Notes: generated by a model not told the origin, from the sequence alone. A stretch of 64,000 nucleotides of DNA from Octopus sinensis (GCF_006345805.1 NC_043009.1:53692001-53756000); one strand, 5' to 3'; positions 1-12,899 are shown, numbered from the stretch's first letter. Program-made: numbers and translations.

Positions 1-541
1 ATACACACACACATATACATACATACATACATTCATAAATACATATATATATACAAGAAAATATAGATATATATTCTATCAACATCTAACGATGTTGAAC
101 CCTACTATAATATATTTGCACATATCTATGCGCATACATACACCACATTAACATACAAACGTCTCACTCAATGTATTCCAGCTTCCATACAGATATATAC
201 TCCAATAGAGACAATTTTCCTAACATGTTGACTCTAGATCACAGAAAACTATCCTCATCTGATTCCTACCCGTTGTGATTTCTTTCAGACATTGATTCAG
301 TCTACCTCTTTGATTCCCTCTCTCTCTCCCCATCTCTTCACCTCTCTCTCTCTCTCTGTACATATATATCATTCTCCCTTTGCTTCCGTCTTTCTCTTTA
401 CTTCAGATGAAGGAGTAACACCCGAAAGGTTAAGACAGATTTTTCCTTATCGAAGCGTTAACCTAATGCTAGTTTAGTTGAACTCTCTCAAACTTTCTTT
501 AGATGTTCTCCTTTAAAACGACTATTTCTTTTCCGCTACAT

Positions 542-592
<51 letters not shown>

Positions 593-611
593 GTATGTAT
601 GTATGCATGAA

Positions 612-695
<84 letters not shown>

Positions 696-696
696 A

Positions 697-923
697 TATT
701 TTTCTTTCTATACCACAAGGGGCTAAACAAAGAGGGGACAAACAAAGACAGACAAACGGATTAGGTCGATTACATCGACTCCAGTGGGTAACTGGTACTT
801 ATTTAATCGACCCCGAAAGGATGAAAGGCAAAGTCGACCACGGCGGAATTTGAACTCAGGACGTAACGGCAGACGAAATACGGCTACGCATTTTGCCCGG
901 CGTGCTAACGTTTCTGCCAGCTC
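697..923 (-). mobile_element. tRNA-type SINE, family S1 (octopus OK/OR-like group)
   Basis: GAGCTGGCAGAAACGTTAGCACGCCGGGC...GAGTTCAAATTCCGCCG (B-box-like)...GTCGATTAAATAAGTACCAG. Many copies in the window. Confidence 0.8.
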
Positions 924-1539
924 ATAAATATGTGTGTGTGTGTTTAGTGTTGACATAATGCACAAAGATATATATACACACAGACACGCTCAACATACAT
1001 AAATATTTAGTTGTAACACTATATCATGAAGTTTGACTACTTTATACAGGCGAAATCCTTATTCTCATGAAACAGTGCAGAAGAAGAAATTGAAAAAGTT
1101 GAAGAAGAAGAAGAAGGAAGAGAAGAAGAAGAAGAAGAAGAAGAAGAAGAAGAAGAAGAAGAAGAAGAAGAAGAAGAAAAAGAAGAAGAACAAGAAGAAA
1201 AAGAAGAAGAAGAAGAGGAGAAGAAGAACTATATGTATTTTGTATTTGCCGGCGTATTTACAAAATTGGATGAAAACTTGTACATCCGAAACTGACAGTT
1301 CTGCGAAATTTGCTTATTCTTTTGTTCGTAGGTCTATTTAAGTGTTTTCGATATTTGTCTCAGAGTGGTAAGAAGTGTAATGCTGCTATAGACTAAACAA
1401 TTATTATCTAACTTCAAAACTAACCACGGAGCCTTTTAACGCTTCTTTTATACTTGAATAAATACTTACTTCGGTTAAAAAAAAAAATCAAAAAAAAAAA
1501 AATCCTTCAAGCATTTTATTTTATGTTGAATGAAACTAC

Positions 1540-1582
<43 letters not shown>

Positions 1583-1856
1583 AGCAGTGCGTTTGTCCAT
1601 CTGTTATTGATATTGTTGTTCATTGTTTAATATACATGTTTTTTTTTTCTTTTTTGCTCCTTTATAATTTCACCTTTTAACCTTCAAAACAGGTTATCCT
1701 TTTCTCACTTCCTCTCCGCACGCACACACACACACACACACTTGAACACATAAATGTGTATATATGCATATATATACATATATGCATATATAAATATACC
1801 TACATATATATATGAGTATATATATATTATGCATGTATGTATGTATGTATATATTG

Positions 1857-1914
<58 letters not shown>

Positions 1915-1921
1915 TATATGC

Positions 1922-1954
<33 letters not shown>

Positions 1955-1980
1955 TATTTATATACTCTATATATATATAT

Positions 1981-2040
<60 letters not shown>

Positions 2041-2706
2041 TACAAACATATGGGTGGTGGGAATTATGTACATATGTGCGTTTGTGTGCGTGAGTATATA
2101 CATATGCATACAGTTTTACGAAAATAATATACATACTCATATTTGTGCGTATTAATCGGTAGAGGTGTGTATATGTATATCTTAAGTGTACGTTTTTACG
2201 TGTACGTTCGTCTGTGCGTGTGTCCGTGTGTGTATATGTAAGTGTCTGTGTGTGCACGTGTGTGTGCATGTGTGTGTGTGTGTGTGTATGTGTCTGTATG
2301 TGCGTATAGGTACCTACTTTTCCTTTCACACGGCAAATCTTTTGCAACTTAAGTTTACATATTCGTATGGGTTTATGTTCGTGTTTTTGTGGAGTCTTGG
2401 GATTTTAAAATTTTTTTTTAATTTTCGCTTTTGTTTTGTTCTGTTTTTGAAGTTGTCTGAAGTTGATATAATCGTATTATATATTTAATAATTTTATTCT
2501 CCTGCAGAGATAAATCCTTGGGGAATTCTGAAGAAATGCTTCACTGAGTAAACGTTTGCTTCTACTGAAGATTCTAAGCTCGCGTCTACTTATTGAAGCT
2601 GTCATTGGTCCAGCCCTTTGTAAAGTGCAATATTCCACAAGTATGCTTAACACGTCTGTCAGCTTTAGTGCTGCTGCTACTGCATCTACTACTGCTGCTA
2701 CTGCAT

Positions 2707-2769
<63 letters not shown>

Positions 2770-2781
2770 TTGCTACTACTG

Positions 2782-2823
<42 letters not shown>

Positions 2824-3002
2824 TTGCTGCTACTACTACTATTACTACTACTACTACTATTGCTGCTGCTGTTGCTACTACTACTACTGCTGCTGCTGTT
2901 GCTACTACTACTACTACTACTGCTGCTGCTGCTACTACTACTACTACTACTACTACTACTAATAATAATAATAATAATAATAATAATATAATAATAATAA
3001 TT

Positions 3003-3215
3003 TATTTCTTTATTGCCCACATGTTGGCTAAACATAGAGGGAACAGACAAACGGATTAAGTCGATTACATCGACCCCAGTGTGTAACTGGTACTTATTTA
3101 ATCGACCCCGAAGGGATGAAAGGCAAAGTCGACCTCGGCGGAATTTGAAATAAGAACGTAACGGCAGACGAAATACCGCTAGTCAGTTCGCCCGGCCTGC
3201 TAATGATTCTGCCAG
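3003..3215 (-). mobile_element. SINE family S1
   Basis: Near full-length homolog of 697-923. Confidence 0.8.
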
Positions 3216-3974
3216 GGGAGGAATCTTTTGGGGTTTGGATAAATTACGCTTGGAAACATGGGTGTTTCGTTTATCATCCTTAAACAGACCTTATTCAGGA
3301 ACCTTTTGAGTGGGATGGGTTACTCGACCTGAAGAAAATTCTAACTGAGCCCCACCTGCAAGGGCATGCGCTGTTTATCTCGATTGTTTTTTAATCTTCT
3401 TGCGCCCAGTTCTTCCTGAGGGAGACTGGCTGTTCTTCGCCTTTGTCTACGTCTGGCCAACAGCCGCCTTCAGTCTACTCCATTTTCCATACCAGAAGAA
3501 AGAGTATCAGTGAATGGAAAACAAAAATTTATACTATAAATAAGTTATGAGAGTCCGGATTACTAAGAACTGTGAACTGATAAAAATTATTCTATACTGT
3601 AAATATACGCACAAACATTGGGACCGATATAATAGAGAGAGTGATCTTCGTAAAATGAAAACAAAATATTTCGGCTGTGAAACGAAAAGCCTTTGCAGGC
3701 GACGCTCTCTTCTCCACTTCCTCTCTGTCTCTCTCTGTCTCTGTATGTATGTCTGTCTGTTTCTCTCTCTCTCTCTCTCTCTCATTTCTATTATTTTTAT
3801 TACTCTTACAACATGTCCTTCACTGAATTACTATTTTCTCTTCACCCCTTTCACTTATACTGCTCTTTCTTTTACTCCTACCAACTGCGTGAGTATATGT
3901 GTATATATATATATATATATATTATTAGTGAATTGAAGAAATGGAGTTGAGCGAAGATTGAACAGAAATCGTTT

Positions 3975-4067
3975 TATTGCATTCTACACGTGTTTCGAAA
4001 GCCACAATTTACCAAATTCCGATTGAATAAGGAGACCATATTGTGTCTTTCTCTTCAGGAAGAAATA
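3975..4067 (-). ncRNA. Hammerhead ribozyme, family A (mirror copy in the inverted arm)
   Basis: Exact reverse complement of 4171-4263. Confidence 0.75.
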
Positions 4068-4170
4068 GGAATTCCGTTGGCAAAAACAAAAACAGAACAG
4101 AGGCGCAGCAAAACAAATCGAACGAGGCTCCTAAGAGCCCATGGCCATTTGTTTTTGCCAACGGAATTCC

Positions 4171-4263
4171 TATTTCTTCCTGAAGAGAAAGACACAATAT
4201 GGTCTCCTTATTCAATCGGAATTTGGTAAATTGTGGCTTTCGAAACACGTGTAGAATGCAATA
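4171..4263 (+). ncRNA. Type I hammerhead ribozyme, family A (CUGAAGA core)
   Basis: TTC-CTGAAGA(4180-86)-GAAAG.CACAAT...ATTGTG.CTTTC-GAAA(4242-45)-CACGTG-TA-GAA. Stem III is the palindrome ACACGTGT. Predicted cleavage after 4253. Confidence 0.75.
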
Positions 4264-4546
4264 AAACGATTTCTGTTCAATCTTCGCTCAACTCCATTTC
4301 TTCAATTCACTAATAATATTAAAATTCAATTATCCGCACCAACGCACGGTTGCAACACCATATGGTTGTACCTCCAACCGTGCTGTCTTCTGCTGTGATT
4401 TTTGCTACCCAGGTATCGGTTAAACTTTTGATTAATCTGCAACAAGATTATTCATCTTTCTATTTCACCAATATATATTATATATATATATATATATAAT
4501 ATATATATATATATATGTATATATATAATATATATTATATATATAT

Positions 4547-4589
<43 letters not shown>

Positions 4590-4905
4590 ATATAATAAAA
4601 CACAACACTTTTATTATATCAAAACATTCATTGTATTTATGCGTATCTCAATCTATCTTACTGTCTATCTGTCTATCTGTCCATCTCGCTCCCTTTTCTC
4701 ATTGTATACTTGCAGCTCATATGAATGGTATTTCTAGCATATGAATGGTATTTATCTGGAAGTAAATCATAGGTGTACATGTAATGAATGAAAAAAGTAA
4801 GACCCGGGTTGGTCTTAGCAGCAAGTCTTTTGATTTTTCTGCTCATATATGGTTGAAAATAATTACACCAGCAGCAATGGACAACTAAAAATCCTAACTA
4901 CCAGT

Positions 4906-5283
4906 GATTAAATAAGTACCAGTTACGCACTGGAGTCGATGTAATCGACTTAATCCGTTTGTCTGTCCTTGTTTGTCCTCTCTGTGTTTAGCCCCTTGTG
5001 GGTAGTAAAGAAATAGGTATTTCGTCTGCCGTTACGTTCTGAGTTCAAATTCTGCCGAGGTCAACTTTGCCTTTCATCCTTTCGGGGTCGATTAAATAAG
5101 TAGCAGTTACGCACTGAAGTCGATGTAATCAACTTAATCCGTTTGTCTGTCCTTGTTTGTCCTCTCTGTGTTTAGCTCCTTGTGGGTAGTAAAGAAATAG
5201 GTATTTCGTCTACCGTTACGTTCTGATTTCAAATTCTGCCGAGGTCAACTTTGCCTTTCGTCCTTTCGGGGTCGATTAAATAA
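4906..5283 (+). mobile_element. Head-to-tail multimer of SINE S1 (184-bp period)
   Basis: GAAATAG|GTATTTCGTC junctions at 5016/5017 and 5200/5201. Confidence 0.85.
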
Positions 5284-6212
5284 ACTGGAAAACCCTAAGA
5301 ATGATAACCATGAGCTAATTCTAGCTGAGAAATGTATTAGCCTTTGGCTGGTTACTTGATTGCTAAATACATTAATCAACATTTTTCACATCACACAATT
5401 TCGTTTTTAGGAGGTACGACAACAATGCGAATAAAAGATCTGCACAAGTGCTTCTTATTCATCAGGTTTAATATAAATGAATAACTTAAAGCAAAGGATA
5501 ATACAATCTGCCTAAAGCAAAGGATTATACAATCTGCCTATGTTCGTTTGGGAAGCACATTCATAATTTTCTTTCTTTTTCACTGCATGCATTTAACTGT
5601 AGAATGAACGAATTTGTCCAAGTTCCACGAAAGTATTGCAGATCGTTTTATGTTAGTGGCGTTATTGATTATTTATTTATTGAACGATTCAACTTCGCAA
5701 AACATTGTCTCAAATTCATTTTCAGTCATTTCCTCCGTGTCTCCTTCGTTTTCATGAACTTCTTCATAATTCGATCTAACTTAAAATGGCGATCGGTTAA
5801 CACGTTCCGAAAAGTATCGAATTAAATCACTAACAACTGGATCGTCTATTCCATGAGAAGAAAAGCCGAGCCACCTTCCAATAGTATATATTTCTTATCC
5901 AATAATTCCTTGTTGTTGAAGCAATTAGTTTAATCATTAGCACTTCCAAGCAAACTATGTTTACAGAAGGCTCGCACGTTAGTAAATTGTTTGTCAGTTT
6001 TACTCCATGTTATTTGAATATTTTCTTCTAAACTTATACTATTATTCGTGCACTTGAATTTTCCTTCTAGAACTAGAACAGGTATGTCTCTGTAGTTAAG
6101 AAGCTCGCTTTGTAATCATGCATTTTGAGGATTCAGTTTTACTGTGCGGCATGACAACTACCAAATGCCTTGTGCATGAATTCAATAGACGGAAACTACG
6201 TGGAAGCCCATC

Positions 6213-6250
<38 letters not shown>

Positions 6251-7520
6251 GTATGTGTATGTCTTTGGGTTTATTTCTGTCACCCCCTCTCCCCGCACAC
6301 ACAACCACGTGACAACGGTGTTGGTTTGTTTACGTTTTTACAACGTAGCGGTTCGGCAAAAGAGTTCCATAGAATGAGCCCAAGCCTTCGAAAAATAAGT
6401 ACTGGCATCAATTTCTTAGACTAAACACTCCGAGGCGGTGCTACAGCATGACCGTGTTTTAAAGACTGAAGCAAGTATAAAATATAAAATAGAGGGATTC
6501 TTTCACAAACATAAAAATAGCAACTATTAACCGATAAAAAGTCTGTGAAAACCACGCTATTTTCGGGAGCAAAAATATGATTGTTAGATTTTTGCACAAA
6601 TCCGTCAATGCCGTTCCCATAACAAAACTGTTACATCATTTCTCGAAATGTCAATGTTACAGTTCTTTTTCTTATTAGACTGTCACAATACGCTAGGAAC
6701 TGTCGATTATAATCATTTACAGACACTGTAAATGTTACAGAAGTATACAGTTTGACACTCCAGCCTTTTCTCCTTCTCACCACAACTACATTCGTGTCAT
6801 GGTTTTTCTGTCATTGACAACAATATTTTTTAAGATTTTTTTTTCCACACAACCTGTGTGTTTTGTCTACATTGAATATTTACTTCTCATATAGTTTTCT
6901 TTTTCAAATTAATGCTATATTTATATCTTTCACATTTGTCAGCACCTGCAGGCAGCCTTACGTACTGTGTGCGTGTGTGTGTGCGTACGTGCATCTCCAT
7001 ATATTCTATATAGTACATCAAATAGATGGCTTACGCGAAACACGTTCGGTACTGGTCCAGTCCACTGAACAGAAGTAGTGCGTATTGAGTTTATTTTTAT
7101 CTCATTACAGTAGAGTCTATCACACAAAGGTTGAGTACATAGAATCACTATGATATTTAAACACAAATGAGCCAACGAAGGTATTTCTTAGATTCAGAAT
7201 ATTGAATTGTTCACATTCCGGATTGACTTGGCAGCATGCGCTGGTTAAGAATGTCCGAATAAGTTCTACCAGACGATGATGTTGGTGATCGTTCACAGCA
7301 ACAAAACAGCTCAGAGGTCTATATCATATTATATATAGTACAACTAAGACGTATTAGGGTGCAAAACAGAGCCCGTTCACACTTAGAATTACCAAACACC
7401 CGGCAGTATTATGGTATACTTCCAATTCTAGGCTTAGTGGACTAACGCATTTATTAAATAGTTGTCTAAACATACTCCTTCTTCTTGACTCTATTTATTC
7501 ATATATATATATATATATAT

Positions 7521-8030
7521 GTGAAATAGAAAGATGAATAATCTTGTAGTAGATTAATCAAAAGTTTAACCGATACCTTAGTAGCAAAAATCACAGCAGT
7601 GAACAGCACGGTTGGAGGTACAACCATCTGGCGTTGCAACCGTGCGTTGGTGCGGATAATTGAAATTAAAACATTATTGGTGAATTGAAGAAATGGAGCT
7701 GAACGCAGATTGAACAGAAATCGTTTTATTTCATTCTACACGTGTTTCGAAGGCACAAATTACCAAAATCCGATTGAATAATGGACCATATTGTGTCTTT
7801 CTCTTCAGGAAGAAAAAAGGAAATCCGTTGGAAAACAAAAACAGAACAGAGGCAGAGCAAAAAACAAATCGAACTGTGCTCCTAAGAGCCCATGGCGAAC
7901 TGTTTATCAGTGTATGTTGAGAACCGGTGGCTGAAGAATTCAACAGGTCAGGCATCGGTCAAACATGTGGGTGAGGGTGTATAGATGTTCTTTGTGACCG
8001 AGAATAAAGTTCTGACTATTTAAAGAATAT
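7521..8030 (-). mobile_element. Penelope-like element 3' fragment (family A)
   Basis: Diverged homolog of 4091-4471 in the opposite orientation, between (TA)n tracts, with a hammerhead at 7729-7815. Confidence 0.55.
7729..7815 (-). ncRNA. Hammerhead ribozyme, family A (diverged copy)
   Basis: Minus strand: TTTCTTC-CTGAAGA-GAAAGACACAAT...ATTTGTGCCTTC-GAAA-CACGTG-TA-GAATGAAA. Core intact; stem I is 7 bp with a single bulge. Confidence 0.7.
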
Positions 8031-8032
8031 TG

Positions 8033-8085
<53 letters not shown>

Positions 8086-9464
8086 CATGTATCTATATAA
8101 TATGTATGTATATGTGTATAGTCTGGACAAACAAATATTTATTAGTGCGTCTATGTGTGCTACGGTATTGTATTTCTTTGTACAGCAAACAACCGTAAAA
8201 GTTCGGGGGCTGTTTTAGAGGAATTTTCATAGGGGAGTGGTAGAATATAAAAATATAAAAGAATATATGAAGTTTGAAGTTGTTTGCGTTTGCTGCATTT
8301 CAAATAAATTCTTCTGCAACTGTAAAGATTCTAACATTTCTAGTTGTAGTTGAAATTCGAAAAGAAAACAGATAACGGGTTTTTATTTTTTAAAAAACGG
8401 TAAAAGGTAAGTAGAAGACAACGTCAAAGGAAAAAGCGATCGATATTTACCCATTTCAAAATTTATATGTAACCTAAAACGCTGCTCAGGAGAACATTAA
8501 TATTTTTAAGCAATAGATTTAAAATAGGGAATGTTTTGGGAATGAATTTCAAGTTGTAGGCCAGTTGATAAAAAATGAAAAATTCAATTCCTTGTTGTGT
8601 TCGTAATTTATGTACGATATATTATATTTTATATTATTCTTTATCAATGTGTATGAAGCATTAAGAATAGATTTAGGAATTCACGTATTTAGAAAGATAT
8701 AGTTAGTGATTGTGAACAAAAATAAGTAGCAAGCGTATTCCCTCGTTTTGAAATGTTTAGGTTTCATTGTTATTTGAATATTTGATGATTTAAGTGTGTA
8801 TCATTTACCATTATAGAGGCGCAGGTGTTACTTCCCACCTACATGTATCCGGGTTCATTTCCACTGCGTGGTGCCTTAGGCGAGTGTCTTCTGTAATAGC
8901 CTCGATCAGATTAAAGCCTTTTGGGTGGATTTGGTGGACAGAAACTGAAAGAAGAACGCCCTGTGTACACACACACACACACACATACACACTCACACAC
9001 ACACACATACACACTCACACACACACACATACACACATACACACACACACGCAAAAACACACATACGCATACACGCACATTTATTAGTTAATAAATTTCA
9101 TGGTATACGCCTGGTAGAATCCCGACAAAGCACGTGTGTGTGTGTATGCGTGTGTGTGTCCCTCATAACGGCTTGACAGTTATGTCTGATATTTTCGTTC
9201 CCGTAATTTAACGGTCCGGCATAGGAACCGATAAACTGACCTACAAGCCGTATGTACCAGGGTCGATTCGTTCGCCAAAAATTATTCATGGTGTTACCCC
9301 AACACAGCAATGGTCTAATGACTGAATTAAGTACATGAAAACATATACAAAAATAAAAAAAAGATTGTGTGGCTTGTAACTGAAGTATTCCCACGCACCG
9401 CTTGTTTAATGCTCGAGCAAGTTGGGACACCACGTCACTTGTCGACCAATATTATGTCTGACTA

Positions 9465-9615
9465 AGGTGGCGAGCTGGCAGAATCGTTAGTGCACCTAGG
9501 AAGTCGCTTGGCAGCGTTTCGTTCGCCTTTACGTTGAAATTCCGCCGAGATCTGCTTTGCCTTTCATCCTTTCAAATAAGTAGCAGTTTAGCACCGGGAT
9601 CGATGTAATCGACTG
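9465..9615 (+). mobile_element. SINE family S1, diverged
   Basis: GGTGGCGAGCTGGCAGAATCGTTAG...GATGTAATCGAC. Confidence 0.65.
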
Positions 9616-9739
9616 ACATGAAATTGCTAGTCCTATGCTATAATTTGAAATCAGTATTATGTGCTACTTACGAGCGAATATGTTACCGTGAAATAGAGAG
9701 AAACTTTTCAGAAAACGACACTAAAGTAGAAGTGAAGAA

Positions 9740-10690
9740 ACAAAGATGAACATGATTGGTAACGGTGCCGGAGTTGTTTCCTGTAGTCGACGAAACTGTG
9801 AATACAATAATGCAAATAGCTTCAAAAAACGAACAAAATAGAAAACAGCTTTCAGTCTTTAAGGAAGCTGCAAAATGCAAAAAAGAAGTCATACTGCCAA
9901 ACAAGTATAAAATAAAGAATAAACAACAAAAGCTGTAAAACAACTGAAATTCAGACTAAAGCTGGAACAGCAACGGATCATGATAAAACGATGACAAGAG
10001 AAGCCCCTTCATGGCAAGTACTGGGTTAAACTAAACGCAAAAAAATAGACAAAGCAAAATCCCAACAATGACTGAGAAGCTCAGGGCTCGAAGCAGAGAC
10101 TGAAGGATTTTTAATTGCAGCACAAGACCAAAGCCTCCCCACCAGAAACTACCAAAAACATTATGAAAAGAAATATAACTAGTAACTGCAGAATATGTGG
10201 AGATGGACAAGGAACAAGAAGCTGTATTGTCTCTGGCTACCAAGTCCTGACAAAGAAGGAATATATTCACAGATATGACCTACATACATTGGAAGATATG
10301 CCAACACTATGGAATAACAGCAGAAAAATAAGATATAGGCACACGCTAAAAAAGGTGGCACAAAATGAGGAAGCAACCATACTATAGGATATGCCAATAC
10401 ACACAGATAGAAAAGTTAAGGCCAATAGGCCGGATATAGTTGTCAAAGACACGAAAAAATGCTTTCTAATCAATATATCAATACCAACATATGACAACGT
10501 CTCTCTAAAAGAAATGGGGAAACTTTCAAAATACAAAGACAAGGAAATAGAGGTCATTCGAATGTGGAGTCTAAAAAGAGAAACAATTCCTATCATTATA
10601 GGCGCGTTGGGTATTATAAAAAAATACTCAGACAAATACATAACAAAAACACCAGGACTAACAGGTATATATAACATACAGAAAATAAAA
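9740..10690 (+). mobile_element. Decayed Dong/R4-type RLE LINE fragment
   Basis: Broken frames give EKPLHGKYW, EGFLIAAQDQSLPTRNY, CRICGDG and ANRPDIVVKD...LINISIP. Ends in (AAT)n. Confidence 0.8.
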
Positions 10691-10846
10691 GCGAGACTAG
10701 TGAATGATAATAATAATAATAATAATAATAATAATAGTAGTAGTAGTAGTAATAATAATAATAGTAATAATAATAATAATAATAATAAAAATAATAATGA
10801 TAATAATATAATAGTAATAATAATATTAATAATAATAATAGTAGTA

Positions 10847-10904
<58 letters not shown>

Positions 10905-10912
10905 TAATAATG

Positions 10913-10967
<55 letters not shown>

Positions 10968-10968
10968 A

Positions 10969-11367
10969 GGCGCAGGAGTGGCTGTGTGGTAAGTAGCTTG
11001 CTAACCAACCACATGGTTCCAGGTTCAGTCCCACTGCGTGGCATCTTGGGCAAGTGTCTTCTGCTATAGCCCCGGGCCGACCAATGCCTTGTGAGTGGAT
11101 TTGGTAGACGGAAACTGAAAGAAGCCTGTCGTATATATGTTTATATATATATGTATGTGTGTGTTTGTGTGTCTGTGTTTGTCCCCCTAGCATTGCTTGA
11201 CAACCGATGCTGGTGTGTTTACGTCCCCGTCACTTAGCGGTTTGGCAAAAGAGACCGATAGAATAAGTACTGGGCTTACAAAGAATAAGTCCCGGGGTCG
11301 ATTTGCTCGACTAAAAAGGTGGTGCTCCAGCATGGCCGCAGTCAAATGACTGAAACAAGTAAAAGAG
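10969..11367 (+). mobile_element. Full-length tRNA-type SINE, family S2
   Basis: GGCGCAGGAGTGGCTGTGTGGTAAG (A-box-like), GGTTCAGTCCC (B-box-like), internal TA/TG tract, and tail GGTGGTGCTCCAGCATGGCCGCAG...CTGAAACAAGTAAAA. Confidence 0.88.
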
Positions 11368-11401
11368 AATAATAATAATAATAATAATAATGATAATAAT
11401 A

Positions 11402-12100
11402 TACCAAAAACATGTAATGAAAAGAAATTTTACAAGTAACTGCAGAATATGTGGAGATGGACAAGAAACAATAAATCATATTATCTCTAGCTGCCCAGTC
11501 CTGGCTAAGAAGGAATATATTCACAGACATGACAGAGTTGGAACCTACATACATTGGAAGCTATGCCAACATTATGGAATAACAACAGAAAAAAGATGGT
11601 ATAGGCACACACCAGAAAAGGTCACAGAAAACGAGAAAGCAACCATACTCTGGGATATGCCGATACACACAGATAGAGAAATTAAGGCCAACAGACCAGA
11701 TATAGTTGTCAGAAATCATGAAGAAAAAAAATGCTTTCTAATTGATGTATCAATACCGGCTGATGACAACGTGTCTCTAAAAGAAATACAAAGAAATACA
11801 AAGACCTGGAAATAGAGGTAACTAGAATGTGGAATCTGAAAACAGAAACAATTCCTATCATAGTAGGTGCATTAGGCATGATTAAAAAATATTCAGACAA
11901 ATATATAACAAAAACACCAGGACTTACAAACACATATAACATACAGAAAATTGCACTACTAGGCACTGCACACATCCTACGCAGAACACTTTCCATACAA
12001 TAACCATCAGAGCATCACAACAAATCACAGCACATACCCAAGGCACACAGAGCTGCGCTCGGTAGTGAAGTGAAAGCACGCTATAAAAATAAAACTACTG
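11402..12100 (+). mobile_element. 5'-truncated Dong/R4-type RLE LINE with 3' UTR
   Basis: CRICGDGQETINHIISSC, RPDIVV...LIDVSIPADD, one frameshift, (AAT)n on both flanks. Confidence 0.85.
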
Positions 12101-12110
12101 AATAATAATA

Positions 12111-12141
<31 letters not shown>

Positions 12142-12300
12142 TGAAAGAGAAATTAAAAAAATACAATCCCTTAAAGTTTGAAATAGAATAAATTTGGAGC
12201 ATGCAACCAGTAAAGGTCGGGCCTGTAATAATTGGTGCGTTGGGAACAGTAATCTAAGATATAGACAAATGGCTGAAGGAGACTGAAATAGAATACTCCA
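12142..12300 (+). mobile_element. Short RLE-LINE C-terminal fragment
   Basis: KYNPLKFEIE*IWSMQPVKVGPVIIGALGTV, the same motif as the C-terminus of the 33093 ORF. Flanked by (AAT)n. Confidence 0.6.
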
Positions 12301-12329
12301 AACAATAATAATAATAATAATAATAATAT

Positions 12330-12661
12330 TTTTGTTTCAGTCAATATACTGCGGCAATGCTGGAGCACAACCTATAGTCGAGCAAATCGACCCCAGAACT
12401 TACTCTTTGTAAGCCTAGTACTTATTCTATCGGTCTAATTACGGGGATGTAAACACACCAGCATCGGTTGTCAAGTGATATTGGGGGACAAACACAAACA
12501 CACACATATATACATATATGTATATGACGAGCTTCTTTCAGTTTCCGTCTTCCAAGTCCACTCACAAGGCTTTGGTCGGCCCGAGGCTATAGTAGAAGAC
12601 ACTCGCCCAAGGTGCCACGCAGTGGAATTGAACCCGGAACCACACAGCCACGCCTGCGCCT
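12330..12661 (-). mobile_element. SINE family S2, inverted relative to 10969-11367
   Basis: Head and tail motifs are both present on the minus strand. Confidence 0.8.
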
Positions 12662-12899
12662 ACAAATTCATGAAAGTAAATTTTTTATTTTTTGTATCAT
12701 ACGAAATATTTTCAGCGGGTGTCTTGGTGATCTATACATTTACAATGCCAATCCCTAATTTAAATGCGTCTGAAATATATATAATTTAAATAGTGATGTT
12801 TTGCTTTAACATCAGATCTGGGATGCTATGCTTTTGGTTGATGATTCTTTCAAAGCAGCATACCATCATAATTTAGAAGTATATATTAAACCGTCAAAA

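Larger units (their letters stand above)
3919..4471 (+). mobile_element. Penelope-like pseudo-LTR remnant with inverted 5' partial copy
   Basis: Perfect 172-bp inverted repeat (3919-4090 / 4148-4319) containing a hammerhead. Flanked by (TA)n on both sides. Homologous to 7521-8030. The PLE assignment is inferred from the hammerhead plus inverted end. Confidence 0.6.

Noticed and set aside
401-434. Hammerhead-like CTT-CAGATGA-AGGAGTAACACCC-GAAA-GGT-T-AAG
   Set aside because: It has three deviations (U4 to A, unpaired first stem II and stem III positions). At best a decayed relic, so not listed as a feature.
2520-2562. CTGAAGA...TAAACGTT hammerhead-like string
   Set aside because: G12 is missing, and stems I and II do not pair.
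5395-5475. Minus-strand CTGATGA followed by a hairpin
   Set aside because: No GAAA directly after the stem and no stem I complementarity.
7036-7085. Minus-strand peptide HYFCSVDWTSTE resembling an opsin extracellular loop, followed by GTAAGC
   Set aside because: An in-frame stop lies a few codons upstream with no usable acceptor. Treated as coincidence.
10969-11040. tRNA-like A/B-box sequences at SINE heads
   Set aside because: They cannot form a full cloverleaf and continue into SINE bodies, so they are not tRNA genes.
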